A DNA stretch of 64,000 nt from Octopus sinensis (taxonomy: Eukaryota): NCBI RefSeq assembly GCF_006345805.1, contig NC_043003.1:102982001-103046000 (forward strand), written 5' to 3'. Positions 14,267 through 25,960 of this stretch are shown here, piece by piece. Within the stretch, counting starts at the first letter, position 1. Every line of letters starts with the position of its first letter. Both the position numbers and the translations under genes were made by a program. The notes under the pieces were generated by a model. It saw only the letters and a program-made list of their open reading frames with translations, had not been told where the DNA came from and made no database searches.

Positions 14267-14355
<89 letters not shown>

Positions 14356-15987
14356 ATGCTTAAAAGAATAAGGGTATAAATCGAAGTAAATAAACACTTA
14401 TTTGTTTTATCAATCACCGAAGAGATGAAAAATAAAGATCGATCGCATCCGAATTTGAACTCAGAAAATAAGGAAGAAGGACAATAAGAATTTCATTCAT
14501 TAACAACTTATCACAATCCCATTGACCACAATGTCACTCATTCAATTTTCTAAGTGAGTGGTCGGTTGGTGGAGGTACGATTGATTTAGATAAGACTCCG
14601 GTCTGGTTATTATTATTTTTGCCTTATCGACGACACCCAGAAGATTAAAGACAAAAGTCGAACCCCGTTGAGATTTGAACTTGGAAAGTCAACAATAACA
14701 TTAGTATCTAGTAGTAAATAAACAAAGTTGAAAATTATTGGTTTATATTTTTCATTCTTCATTTTGTTATGCATCTGTCTGTTGTGTTGGTTAAAATTTT
14801 GGCTGCTTTGACTCAGAAAACAACAGCTGTCGGCAGACAGTGTAAACAAAGCCACCGAAATTAACCAACCTTGACAATCACATAACCAACACCACCCTCA
14901 CCACCCTCACCACCACTAGTAGTAGTAGTAGTAGTAGTAGTAGTATGTCTTCGTATATCCCTGGATCATTCGCTGCAACAAGTGATCCAGAGAACGCAAG
15001 GATTAATAATAAACGTTTACAAACGAGACCAGCTTCCACCATCCGTCCATCGTCACATTAATATAATAACGATGATGGCGATGATGGTGCTGACAACGGT
15101 GATGAAATTGACGACAATGATGATGATGATGGGATTTTGACGATTTATGGAAATCGCAAAATTAATCTACACACATGCATGCATGCATGTGTGTGTGTGT
15201 GTGTACACGCATAGTATAACATTGTAAGAGAGAGCCATAAAAAAGGTAAGAAGGTCACGGATCAACGGATGGAATGCCCTTGATCATAAGCCTACTCGAA
15301 CAGCGTTCACCGAGGGCTAAACGATGCAACAAGGACATGCGTGTGTATGTGTATGTATGTGAGTGCGTGCGTGTGTGTGTTTATGTTTGTGTGTCCGACC
15401 ACCTGTGGTTGTCGCAGTGAAGAGATGTCAATGTTGACAGAAATAGAGAACATCTCAACATCTCCCGGAATCTGGTTTTGGATTATGCTTTGTTTAACTC
15501 CGAGTTTTTTTGACAGTTTGTGTCAATGAATGTTTTATAAAAAAGAATACGTTGAGATGCGGAGAACGGAAGCAATATTTTCGATACACAAGGACAACAT
15601 TACACATATATATATATATATATTTGTGTGTGTGTGTGTGTGTTTGTGTGTGTGTGTGCGTGCGTGTGTTTGCATCGTCTGTTTACTCTGTCATGCAATG
15701 TGTTGTATATACTTGCACCCCTCTCCAAATCCCCGTTTCAGATATAATAAGGGTGGATGGATAGAGAGCAATACCCCCCCCCCCCCCAAAAAAAAAGACC
15801 CAAATAAATAAATAACACAATATCCACAAATTACGATCACGCACTAAACAACAAGAACATCATCATTAATAATTAGTAGAAATGGTAATAATAAATAAAT
15901 AATAATAGTAATAATAATAATGGTATTACACACACACACACCATAAAGGCTGTTTCGTTTCTCCCCACCGCCAGCATTCTGCTACAC

Positions 15988-16054
15988 CAGCTGACCTTTG
16001 CACGTGTGACCTTGCCAATGAAAACGAGGCACGAGACTCTACAAACGGTGACGT
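15988..16054. promoter_or_regulatory. Dense transcription-factor motif cluster (candidate enhancer/promoter)
   Basis: Abutting CAGCTG, TGACCTTTG, CACGTG, TGACCTTG and CCAAT within 32 bp, plus TGACGT at 16049. Confidence 0.35.
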
Positions 16055-16374
16055 TTGCAATAATTACCTCTCTTGGAAACCATCCGAATTTTTAGCTGCC
16101 CCTCCTCCCATTACGTCTCTCACTTTCTATCTTTCCTTTCTTTCCTTTTATTTCTTCCTATTTACATTACACATATTACAACCTTTTTCTCGTTCCTCCC
16201 TCTCTCTCTCTCTTTCCTCCTCCATAGTACACATATTAGAGTCTTCTTCTCCTCTCGCTCTTCCATCCTTCATACAGCACATATCTCTTTCTCTTTCTCT
16301 TTCTTTTTCCTGCCACACTTCATAGATTACGACCTACTCCTCTCTCACACTCTGTCTTTCTCTCTGTCTGCTTA

Positions 16375-16436
<62 letters not shown>

Positions 16437-16915
16437 ACATTTTCACAACCTTCTTCTGCTTCATGGTTTATTTGTGTATCTATTTTCCTCGCTTTCTTTT
16501 TTTCTCTCATTCTCTCTTACTACTTCTCCACGCTCAAATTTATCAAAACTCTCTTTCTCTCTCTCCCTCTCTCCCCCTCTCTCCCCCTCTATCAGTGTTT
16601 TCTTCCACTCTGAATATTTTCTCTTTGCCCTTCATTCTTATTACCTCTATTTCTAATTCTCATAAACTGTTTATCATTTTATATGAGCGCACACACATTT
16701 ATGTGTTGGAGTTTGTGTATCGGTGTATGTTCTGATAAACTGATAAACATTTAGGAGAATTAGAAAGGAGAGTAAGAACGATACGTAGAGATATATCACT
16801 GTGTATGTGTATCTATATACGTGTGTGTATCTATGTGTGTATGTGTGTGCATTTTCGCCCGCGCATTTTCACTATTACTGTTGACAAAGATTGTCTTCTT
16901 ATCTTGTTGCACACA

Positions 16916-16956
<41 letters not shown>

Positions 16957-17175
16957 ACATACACAGTGACACACACACACTTTTTAATCTAGCGTTATAT
17001 ATATCTTCTCTATCAATATTTTCCTTGTTCTCGTTCTTTTTCATGCTTTCTCTTAGGAGTAGGGAATGGAGGAATCGGTAAAGCACCGAATAAAATATTT
17101 TGCAGTATTTAATTACAGTCCCTTATGTTCCGAGTTCAAAATCCTGTTGGGAGGCGGCGTCGATAAAATAAAAGG

Positions 17176-17577
17176 GATCTTTTCGGTTTGAACGGCAGTT
17201 TTTAACATAATTTCTAGGTAACTAAAAAATTTTAAACTTCGTATACTGGTAGAATGTGTTTTTAAAACATCATTTTCTCTTGGCTTTATTGAGAAAATTC
17301 TATAGTTTGTAAGATATTTGTTGTTTTTTCTTAAATTTCTGCAATCTCAACCAATCACTGACGTCTATTGGGGTAAAAAAACATTCTGTGCTGTATGAAT
17401 ATGTCCCTCGTTTAAGAAACAGATTATGTTTATTTACATTTGTGAAGAAAAAAAGATAGCCTTTGCCCCACCCCTAAAATAGATTGAAATGCAATAGATC
17501 GATACTAGGGTCATAATTATGGGTGACAATTTCATATGACACCGCTAGAAAAAACTGCCGGTCAAACCGAAAAGATC
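17176..17577. mobile_element. 402-bp MITE with 28-bp TIRs starting GATC
   Basis: GATCTTTTCGGTTTGA(A/C)CGGCAGTTTTT at both ends, inverted, 1 mismatch. A second partial copy lies at 3648. Confidence 0.85.
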
Positions 17578-17612
17578 TGCGAATCTCAATGCAATTTCCA
17601 CTGGTCCAATAG

Positions 17613-17614
<2 letters not shown>

Positions 17615-17692
<78 letters not shown>

Positions 17693-17714
17693 TTATCTAT
17701 CTATCCATCTGTCC

Positions 17715-17767
<53 letters not shown>

Positions 17768-17790
17768 CCTATCTATCTATCCATCTGTCC

Positions 17791-17868
<78 letters not shown>
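17615..17868. repeat. (ATCT)n microsatellite
   Basis: About 250-bp tetranucleotide run. Confidence 0.95.
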
Positions 17869-18027
17869 TAAAATTAGTTTATGGAAGATGAAGAAAAAAC
17901 GACAAGAAACTATTACTGTGAGTTTCAAGTGATTGACTTTTACTCATTCACCTCACACGGAAGATCGATTATATGAAACTTGAAACTTAGAATAGCGGTT
18001 TCTTACACTTCTTCAGCTTTAATAAAA

Positions 18028-18062
<35 letters not shown>

Positions 18063-18069
18063 TTCTCTT

Positions 18070-18104
<35 letters not shown>

Positions 18105-18399
18105 AGCTAGCTAGCTATCTATCTACATGTATATACGTTATATATTTCCTTATACGAAATCATAATCTCCCTCTCTCCTCTCTGAAAGCACACACACATA
18201 CACACACGCACAAACATATACCCGCACACACACACACACATACATATATAGTGCGAAACTGAGTAATACCATCTGGTTGATAAATGACGAAGAATTAGGG
18301 AGCTTCTGCTTTTGTTTTCTGTCCATTTTTGCACTCAATATACGTTTTCCCGCTCATCTGTGCATTCATTATACGTTTTGTTGCTTGTATATATACATG

Positions 18400-18832
18400 T
18401 ATCGAAGGCGTATATTGTTGTTAAATGCTCGAAATACAAGACTAGAAAAACAGCCAAGAACTGATGAAGGGTCGTTCTTTATGTTGTTTATTTTGTTTTC
18501 TATTTGTGTCTTTCGATGTCCGAAAGCATAGTTCATGTTCCATCTACTCGTGCTTCGTACTTTTTTGTCGTACATGTTTCGTGACGTCCTGTGCCAACAT
18601 ATGTACAGATGTATGTACATCTATGTATATACATATATTTCTACAAAATACCAAATTTATATAATTTATTTTCCGGGAGCAATTGTTTTATCGAAAGCGT
18701 ATATTGTTATTAAATGCTTGAAATACAAGACTAGAAAAACAGCCAGCAACTGATGAAGGGTCGTTCATTATGTTTTTTTTTCAACTTGTGTCTTTCGTTA
18801 TTTGAAAGAATAGTTCATGTTACATGTTATAT
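18400..18832 (+). repeat. Two diverged direct copies of a 140-bp unit, 289 bp apart
   Basis: GAAATACAAGACTAGAAAAACAGCCA..AACTGATGAAGGGTCGTTC occurs at about 18430 and 18720. Confidence 0.8.
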
Positions 18833-18979
18833 TTAAAGTAATTGAAAGAAACACAGAGCATCTCAACGGAAATATTGTATATACATAGATGTATGTACAT
18901 CTATGTATATACATCTATGTATATACGTATAGATGTATGTACCTTGTAGAAAACAGCACATATTCACGACTCCTATGCA

Positions 18980-19535
18980 ACAACATTATTAATAATTACA
19001 CCAAAGCTAGGCCAAAGATTAATATCGAAATTAATAAAGAAGCTAGCATTATCACCTCTAGGCTTAAATTAGATTTTAAAAAATAGAGGTCCTCCCAAAA
19101 AAAGAGGCCTTTATAACTATTAAAGACCATAAAAAGAACTTTCTATCTAATCCTAAATGTAGACTTATTAACCCAGCAAAATGAGAAATTGGTATTATTA
19201 GTAAAGAAAATTTAGGAAATATCAATGCTGAAGTCAGAAATGCTACTAGGTTAGTACAATGATCTAATAGTATAGAAGTCGTTGATTGGCTTAAAGCCAT
19301 TAGGAATAAGAATAAAACGAGATTTACGCAATTTGATATTGTTGATTTCTATGCTTCTATCTCTGAGGAACTGCTCGATAAAGCCCTCACCTTCGCAAGC
19401 CAATTTAAAGAAATTAGTACACAAGATAAGGACATAATCTTCCATGCTAGGAAGACTACGGATACAGAAGGTGCTTTCTATGTGAGCATGGGGTCCTATG
19501 ATGGAGCAGGCATATGCGATCTCATTGGGCTATTC
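18980..19535 (+). mobile_element. Penelope-like element (PLE) RT, N-terminal part, decayed
   Basis: Translates with stops to [32 protein letters not shown]...QFDIVDFYASISEELLDKALTFA...MGSYDGA, the PLE-type RT signatures. Clade not assignable by eye. Confidence 0.85.
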
Positions 19536-20239
19536 CTACTCGATACTCCCAGCTGATGTTCGGAAACGAGCAACTCTGAGTACTGGAAGTCGGAGCCTTT
19601 TAGTTATAATACATTACATATAGATTAGTTACAGGATTCATTAGAATCCAGGCTCATCAACATGTAGGACGCTAGAACTGGCTAGGTAGCATAACATAGG
19701 GTTCACGGTAAGGTAAAAAAAACATAAGGTATCATTCGTTGGTATTATGCCGCTAGTGTGTAGATATGTAAGTGCTAAATCAAATTTAAGTCATAGATCC
19801 AATTCAGGGTTGGTTCCCGGTGCGACGTACGTATAAAAGAATCACAAACGGGATTTAAAATTTACTACAGCTGTTTCGGTAGAATATTACTGGTGCATTC
19901 ATAGATTACATCATGGCATAAATCCATCGTCTCCAGATAGATTTTGAAACAGGTATAAACAGGCAAGGTAAAACCTTAAGCATGACCTATTCCTCAAACA
20001 ACGTAAGGAATAAGTGTTTAAAAAAAACAGCATTCGAATTTATAGAGACACAGAAGTATAACGGGTATGCTAGCAGTAAAGAGGTCAAAACAACCCAATT
20101 ATTTCAAGCAATTATCTTAATTAGTTTATAGCCATAACCTGCTGTGAAGGATGGCTAAGAAACAGGCAGGCTGTAGCAGCCAAAACAAATCTAGAAAAAT
20201 ATCTTGTCAATTAAATGAGATAGTGGGAGCAGACTAAAT

Positions 20240-20610
20240 GGTCTTTGGAGTGTATTTCTAGTATTATTATTTTAATTGTGGTTGAATATAATCGACCCTA
20301 TACTGAGGAGGCAACTATAGCTACCTTTAAATGTATTTCTAATGAAAATCTTTATAGTATTTATGTGAGTTCGGGAAGTGGTAATCTATCACTTTTAAGA
20401 ATTTTTTTAGCTGTTAGTGGCTACGTTCGTACTATATAAGCAATTGTATCACGAATTTTTTATTGCCAGCATCTCCTTGGTCAATTTACATTTGGTTCAA
20501 TATATTTTATGTCACTCTCAAATGTGGAACTTTCTAAAGTGGTGAAGCAATGTGGGGCAGCAATTTCGAAAGTGGACTTATTAGAAGATAGTTTCGAAAC
20601 GCGTGTAACC
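20240..20610 (-). mobile_element. PLE RT C-terminal part in opposite orientation
   Basis: SSNKSTFEIAAPH..LESSTFESDIKYIEP, then KKFLKVIDYHFPNSHKYYK/IF.RNTFKGSYSC, matching the PLE thumb region. Confidence 0.75.
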
Positions 20611-20659
20611 TGGTTAACACACAAATAAAGAACAAACACACACACACACACACATACAC

Positions 20660-20698
<39 letters not shown>

Positions 20699-20805
20699 TA
20701 TTGATAAAAACGGTAAGATAACAAAAGAAAGAAAGAGACCTCGATATTATGTAAATAGAGGAAATTATCTGTAAATGTAATATATCACAATTATTCGGGA
20801 GCCAA

Positions 20806-20866
20806 GATAAAACTCCGAGTTTCGGATGCCGAGGTGGAAATTCACGCCGCCATCTCTTCAATTATC
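20806..20866 (-). ncRNA. Variant type I hammerhead ribozyme motif
   Basis: GAUAA-UUGAAGA-GAUG...CAUC-C-GAAA-CUC-G-GAG-UU-UUAUC. Stems I, II and III are present; C3U variant core; GUU triplet. Confidence 0.5.
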
Positions 20867-21152
20867 CGGGCATCGGAAAAAACGCTATGAAAAATGACCG
20901 TTATACAAAGGAAATAACTGTGTTATTGACTGCTATTAAGACAAAAGAGCTATTCGAATGACCGCTAAGTAAGGTAAGGGGGTAAAAAGTTCATAGTATT
21001 CGCGTAAGCGCACCTGTTCATACCTACACGTGTGCGCCTTTTTTCTGTATTATTACCCATAACCCTGTTTTTTCTTGTGCTTGTGTGTATGTAAACGTGT
21101 GTATGAACCTTTACGGTGCGTGTGTGTGTGGGGGGTGTATGTATATGTATAT

Positions 21153-21212
<60 letters not shown>

Positions 21213-21307
21213 ATATAGGGAGAGTTTACGAAAAAATCAAAAGACGAAGACAGGTGGTGTACAAAACAAACAGATGTAGTAGTATAACGCTCAGGAATAG
21301 AAAAGGT

Positions 21308-21343
21308 CTTTTACGTTTCGAGCCTACGCTCTTCTACAGAAAG
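21308..21343 (-). ncRNA. Minimal hammerhead motif, core-mutated
   Basis: CUUU-CUGUAGA-A-GAGC-GUAG-GCUC-GAAAC-GUA-AAAG (A6U change). Confidence 0.5.
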
Positions 21344-21616
21344 GGACACAGAAAACAAGGAGAGAAAAAAGGAAAAGATGCGAGTGAGGATATGTACGTT
21401 TTCAAGTGAGGGTGGATGAATGTATGCGCACGCACGTGGGTGTGCGGGCGCACATGTGTAGTTATGAACAAGTCGCTTACGCGAATACTATGAACTTTTT
21501 ACCCCCTTACCCTACTTAGCGGTCATTCGAATAGCTCTTTTATCTTAATAGCGGTCAATAACATAGTAATTTGCATCTGTATAACGGTCATTTTTCATAG
21601 CATTTTTCCGATGGCC

Positions 21617-21680
21617 GGATTACAGAAGAGATGGCGGCGTGAAATTTCACCTCGGCATCCGAAACTCAGAGAGTTTTATC
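21617..21680 (+). ncRNA. Degenerate hammerhead motif in the right IR arm
   Basis: CAGAAGA-GAUG...CAUC-C-GAAA-CUC-AGA-GAG-UU-UUAUC (U4A change). Confidence 0.4.
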
Positions 21681-21712
21681 TGGCTACCGAATAATTGTCG
21701 CACTACATTTAC

Positions 21713-21769
<57 letters not shown>

Positions 21770-21939
21770 AATACATATATATACACACAAAACATACACA
21801 TACACAGAGAGTAAAGTTTATTTGCCAATGTAAAGTGGCAGTCCTGATTAGGGAATGTTACTGCCATTTAGCCCAGGAAAAGATCCTCTCCAGCTGGCTG
21901 TCAACACTTCTAACTGCGTCCTTATATTTTCGAACATCA

Positions 21940-21978
<39 letters not shown>

Positions 21979-22009
21979 TATATATTATTATTATTTTCGG
22001 GTCACTTCC

Positions 22010-22094
22010 TGGATCGTGGGGTAGTGGCTACTAACTCCAAGATTCCGAGTTCGATTCCAGGCAGTGATCTGAATAATAATAATAATAATATATA

Positions 22095-22138
<44 letters not shown>

Positions 22139-22380
22139 TATGATGATGATGATGATGATGATGATGATTGATAATAATAATATAATAATAATTAATAATA
22201 ATATAATATAATAATAATAATAACAATGATATTAATATCGAAAAATACCTTAGGAATGAGAACCAAGGTTCGAAATTTCCCCAAGACACCTGATGAAGGT
22301 TGGAGGGTATATCCGTCAAATGTAAATAATGTAAATAATGTACATAATTCTCATCTCTTAATCATAGAACTGTACTAGCT
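22010..22380 (+). mobile_element. tRNA-headed SINE-like composite with (AAT)n/(GAT)n interior
   Basis: A-box-like TGGGGTAGTGG, B box GAGTTCGATTCC at 22047-22058, microsatellite, then a tail containing CTGATGA at 22290. Confidence 0.6.
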
Positions 22381-22580
22381 CCCTTGTTCGAAAATATAAG
22401 GACACAGTGCCTCGATAGCCAGCTGGAGACGATGTTTTCCTGGGGCTAAATAGCAGTAACGTTCGTCCTGTTTTAACCATCACCCTTTAAATTTTAAGGT
22501 CTTGCAAATTTTTATAGTCCCAGATTTTTATAGTCGTGATCTTTTGTAGCATATGAATTAAGGATTTGAATTCTCTCCTC

Positions 22581-22720
22581 ATGTATGTATGTATGTATGT
22601 ATGTATGTATGTATGTATGTATGTATGTATGTATGTATTTATGTATGTATGTATGCATGTGTATGTATGTATGTATGTATGTATGTATGTATGTATGTAT
22701 GTATGTATGTATGTATGTAT
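22581..22720. repeat. (ATGT)n microsatellite
   Basis: Tetranucleotide run. Confidence 0.95.
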
Positions 22721-22729
22721 GTGTATGTC

Positions 22730-23110
22730 AGATCACTTTCGAGTGCTACTGGTAACATGTAACCCAGTACAACCTGTTGCATGGTCGGGTCGTTGGCGAC
22801 TAAACCGGCAACCCCACCAAGCTTGCTTGGTGAGGAGGGTGTTTATTGGACACCCTGCGGGATGAAAAACAAAACCCGTCAAAGAGCGGAGGAACTCTTG
22901 AGAGTCAATGGCCATCCAATAAATGTCTTAAGGCTGTATCATGCGCGGGGACATAGAAATAATCGGACTGAATACCCGATCGCGCGGTTAAACAATATGG
23001 GAGTGAAGGACTCCTAGCCTTTGTTAGGGCATCCTTCTAGAAGAAGGCAACTCAGGTAACTGGGATAACTGCGACATAAAACCTGCGGCTCAGTGGTTAC
23101 CGATGATGTT
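22730..23110 (+). mobile_element. Probable 5' region remnant of an RTE-type LINE
   Basis: GC-richer island. GGGCATCCTTCTAGAAGAAGGCAACTC resembles a motif I recall from RTE 5' UTRs; three consecutive hairpins. Confidence 0.4.
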
Positions 23111-23659
23111 GACTTGTTCTTCTTTTCGGATTATGGCTGCTGTTGCTTAGTGAGTGGGATTGACTCAGTGCACAGCCTTTCCTCACTTTAAAACAAATCT
23201 TCTTACACAGGCATTGCACGATAACAACATTGATTAAGCTTCGTGCAATGGCCATACTCGATAACGAGGGGGCAGCCACCATGTATGTATGTATGAATGA
23301 ATGAATGAATGGTTGATAGATACGCACGAAACTAGTCGAACTTCATCGTCCTGTGTTTGTTCATTGATAATACAATGTCTTCATTAGACTCCATTACTGA
23401 CAAAGATTTTCGGAAACATATTTGTACTTGGTTTAAATATTTTATCTTCAAGAAAATTTCCAACCGCTAAATACAGCCAGCCCCTTCATAAATCCCGCTT
23501 GACATTTGCTGTCCCTTTCTGTGCTCACAAGCTGGGTGGCATTGGTCTTAAGAAAGCGCTACCTCAAGAACCACTACCTCAGACTATTTCAGGACCCATC
23601 TACGAACCAACAAATTAATAATCAAACCCTCAAATATTATCATACTATATACGACATCT

Positions 23660-24364
23660 GGCGGCGAGCTGGCAGAAACGTTAGCACGCCGGGCGAAATG
23701 CGTAGCCGTATTTCGTCTGCCGCTACGTTGAAAGTTCAAATTCCGTCGAGGTTGACTTTTCCTTTCGTCCTTTCGGGGTCGATTAAATAAGTACCAGTTA
23801 CGCACTGGAGTCGATGTAATCTACTTAATCCCTTTGTCTCTCCTTGTTTGTCTCTCTGTGTTTAGCTCCTTGTGGGTAGTAAAGAAATAGGTATAAGGCG
23901 GCGAGCTGGCAGAAACGTTAGCACGCCGGGCGAAATGCGTAGCCGTATTTCGTCTGCCGCTACGTTGTAAGTTCAAATTCCGTCGAGGTTGACTTTTCCT
24001 TTCGTCCTTTCGGGGTCGATTAAATAAGTACCAGTTACGCACTGGGGTCGATGTAATCTACTTAATCCCTTTGTCTCTCCTTGTTTGTCTCCTCTGTGTT
24101 TAGCTCCTTGTGGGTAGTAAAGAAATAGGTATAAGGCGGCGAGCTGGCAGAAACGTTAGCACGCCGGGCGAAATGCGTAGCCGTATTTCATCTGCCGTTA
24201 CGTTCTGAGTTCAAATTCCGCCGAGGTCGACTTTGCCTTTCATCCTTTCGGGGTCGATAAATTAAGTACCAGTTACGCACTGGGGTCGATGTAATCTACT
24301 AATCCCTTTGTCTGTCCTTGTTTGTCCTCTCTATGTTTAGCCCCTTGTGGGTAATAAAGAAACA
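23660..24364 (+). mobile_element. Head-to-tail trimer of SINE family A (unit about 238 bp)
   Basis: Heads GGCGGCGAGCTGGCAGAAACGTTAG near 23660, 23897 and 24135; 15-bp flanking duplication at 23646-23660 and 24365-24379. Confidence 0.95.
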
Positions 24365-24963
24365 TATATGCGACATCTGACACACTAGTTATTATGTCTC
24401 CGCTTTCGTTCTTCCTCTGTCTCTCCTCTGAACTAACTAGCAACTCTTTTTTCATCTCTAATGCTTCAGACTCACGCCTAAAGCCCAACATTAAAACAAA
24501 TCACCTAATCTCCATCCTCCTCGGAAATTCAACCCTTTTCCCTTTCTATATTGTTATTGTTGTTTAAGTCTGGGTCAACCCTGATAAGGGCTGAACTCCG
24601 ACGAAAGGCATTGTAGCTACGATTCTATATAAGATCATGATTTTTGCTGGGGATGTTTTCCAGACATGAATCGATATAGATTATATTATCTGATGTGTTC
24701 TTTCTCAAAATCATGTAATATGGAGGAGATTTCATTGTTATTTCTAATAAATCGAGATAGATTGTTCCTTTTCTTCCAAATAAAACTTGCTTTGTTTTCT
24801 GCACAGGCACCAACTTATGGGAGTTTAACCGGACCATAATCTGTATGTAACTTCCTATTAGTGGCCACAAAGTTTATGAGGACACTAGCCACCCTAATTG
24901 AATAATAATTTCTAATTTTGACACAAAGCCAAAATTTCCTTCTGTTTTGTTTCAGAAATAGTG

Positions 24964-25020
24964 TCAGATGAGGAAGTCCAAGATTGGTCCTTTCATTTTC
25001 TTTTTATCAACAGTATGAAA
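24964..25020 (-). CDS. Candidate terminal exon of an unidentified gene (FHTVDKKKMKGPILDFLI*)
   Basis: CTCAG| acceptor, phase 0, TGA stop; joins the exon at 25086-25176 across a 65-nt GT-AG intron. Confidence 0.35.
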   Translation of the reverse strand, partial: FHTVDKKKMKGPILDFLI

Positions 25021-25085
25021 CTGAGCCGTCTTTGACGGGATTTGAAATTAGTAATCAATTAACATAGTTAAATACTGTGCGGTAC

Positions 25086-25176
25086 TTTTAAATCTGCTTT
25101 AATAAGGCCATGTTCAATGTGCACCATGCTTCCATTCCATTCTTTTATAGAATCAGAAGAAATATTCAACCCAGTC
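25086..25176 (-). CDS. Candidate internal exon (TGLNISSDSIKEWNGSMVHIEHGLIKADLK)
   Basis: T-rich acceptor TTTTATTTTCATTCTTTATATATTTGGTTAG|, donor AAA|GTACCG, open in phase 2 to 0. Confidence 0.45.
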
Positions 25177-25441
25177 CTAACCAAATATATAAAGAATGAA
25201 AATAAAAACAAATCTTTTCTATATTCAGGCATTTCAAAATGATAAAATATAATTTGAGTTTTATACCATAAGTGATAGACAACGAATACATACTTATTAT
25301 ATCGTAATTTGTACACTAAGGAATCATTATATGGTAATCTGTACAGTAAGAAAATAACTACTCGTAAAAACAAACAGTTGAAAGTTTTAAATATATATTT
25401 CTGACTAAGGAAAAACATATTTACTTTAAAAAGAAAAATAC

Positions 25442-25480
25442 CATATAGCTATTTTAAATTCTTCTGCCCGAGTGTTCAAT
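25442..25480 (-). CDS. Candidate small exon (LNTRAEEFKIAIW)
   Basis: Donor ATG|GTATTT. The acceptor is purine-rich and weak; phase 2 to 2 fits the neighbours. Confidence 0.3.
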
Positions 25481-25697
25481 CTGCGGCTGCAATTTTTCGA
25501 TGGGTTTCTTTACAATATTTCCTAATATGGCTCTGTTTCATAGACTGCTTAAAGCGGCTTTTATATTTAAAAACATAATGTGCTAACATAGCTTGTTGCT
25601 GGGATAAATGAATTCGGATTATGCATAAAATATGAAAGAATTGTGTTCTGCTTAAGAAGACCAAGACAAATTTTCAGTTGTTTTGCTTTCGTTATAC

Positions 25698-25761
25698 CTG
25701 GCAGAGCAAATTTCTGCATCTCGCTTTTCTGGATTAACCGAACTATCAATAATATCCTGAT
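25698..25761 (-). CDS. Candidate exon (DQDIIDSSVNPEKRDAEICSAR)
   Basis: Acceptor CTAACATTTTCAG|, donor CAG|GTATAA. An alternative exon at 25802-25866 (DTDGVRRKFHNNEDKNIDDWI, ATT|GTAAGT) competes with it. Confidence 0.35.
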
Positions 25762-25875
25762 CTGAAAATGTTAGGGTCAAATCAATATGGATGACACTTA
25801 CAATCCAATCATCAATATTTTTATCCTCGTTATTGTGAAATTTTCTACGGACGCCATCTGTATCATCTACAGTAA

Positions 25876-25960
25876 GTCTGTATCGTCTGTTATTTGTCTG
25901 TATCGTCTGTTATTTGTCTGTATCGTCTGTTGTTTGTCTGCATCATCTGACATTTGTCTG
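25876..25960. repeat. 20-bp tandem minisatellite TATCGTCTGTTATTTGTCTG, about 4 degenerating units
   Basis: Directly visible tandem units. Confidence 0.85.

Larger units (their letters stand above)
20755..21718. repeat. About 250-bp inverted repeat (arms about 20755-21010 and 21473-21718), probable PLE pseudo-LTRs
   Basis: The arms are reverse complements with scattered mismatches, e.g. GAGCTATTCGAATGACCGCTAAGTA vs TACTTAGCGGTCATTCGAATAGCTC. Confidence 0.9.

Noticed and set aside
18461-18540. Hammerhead at CTGATGA...CCGAAAG (and the copy at 18750)
   Set aside because: No stem III or NUH site can be formed, CTTTCG/CGAAAG pair with each other, and the second copy lacks CGAAA.
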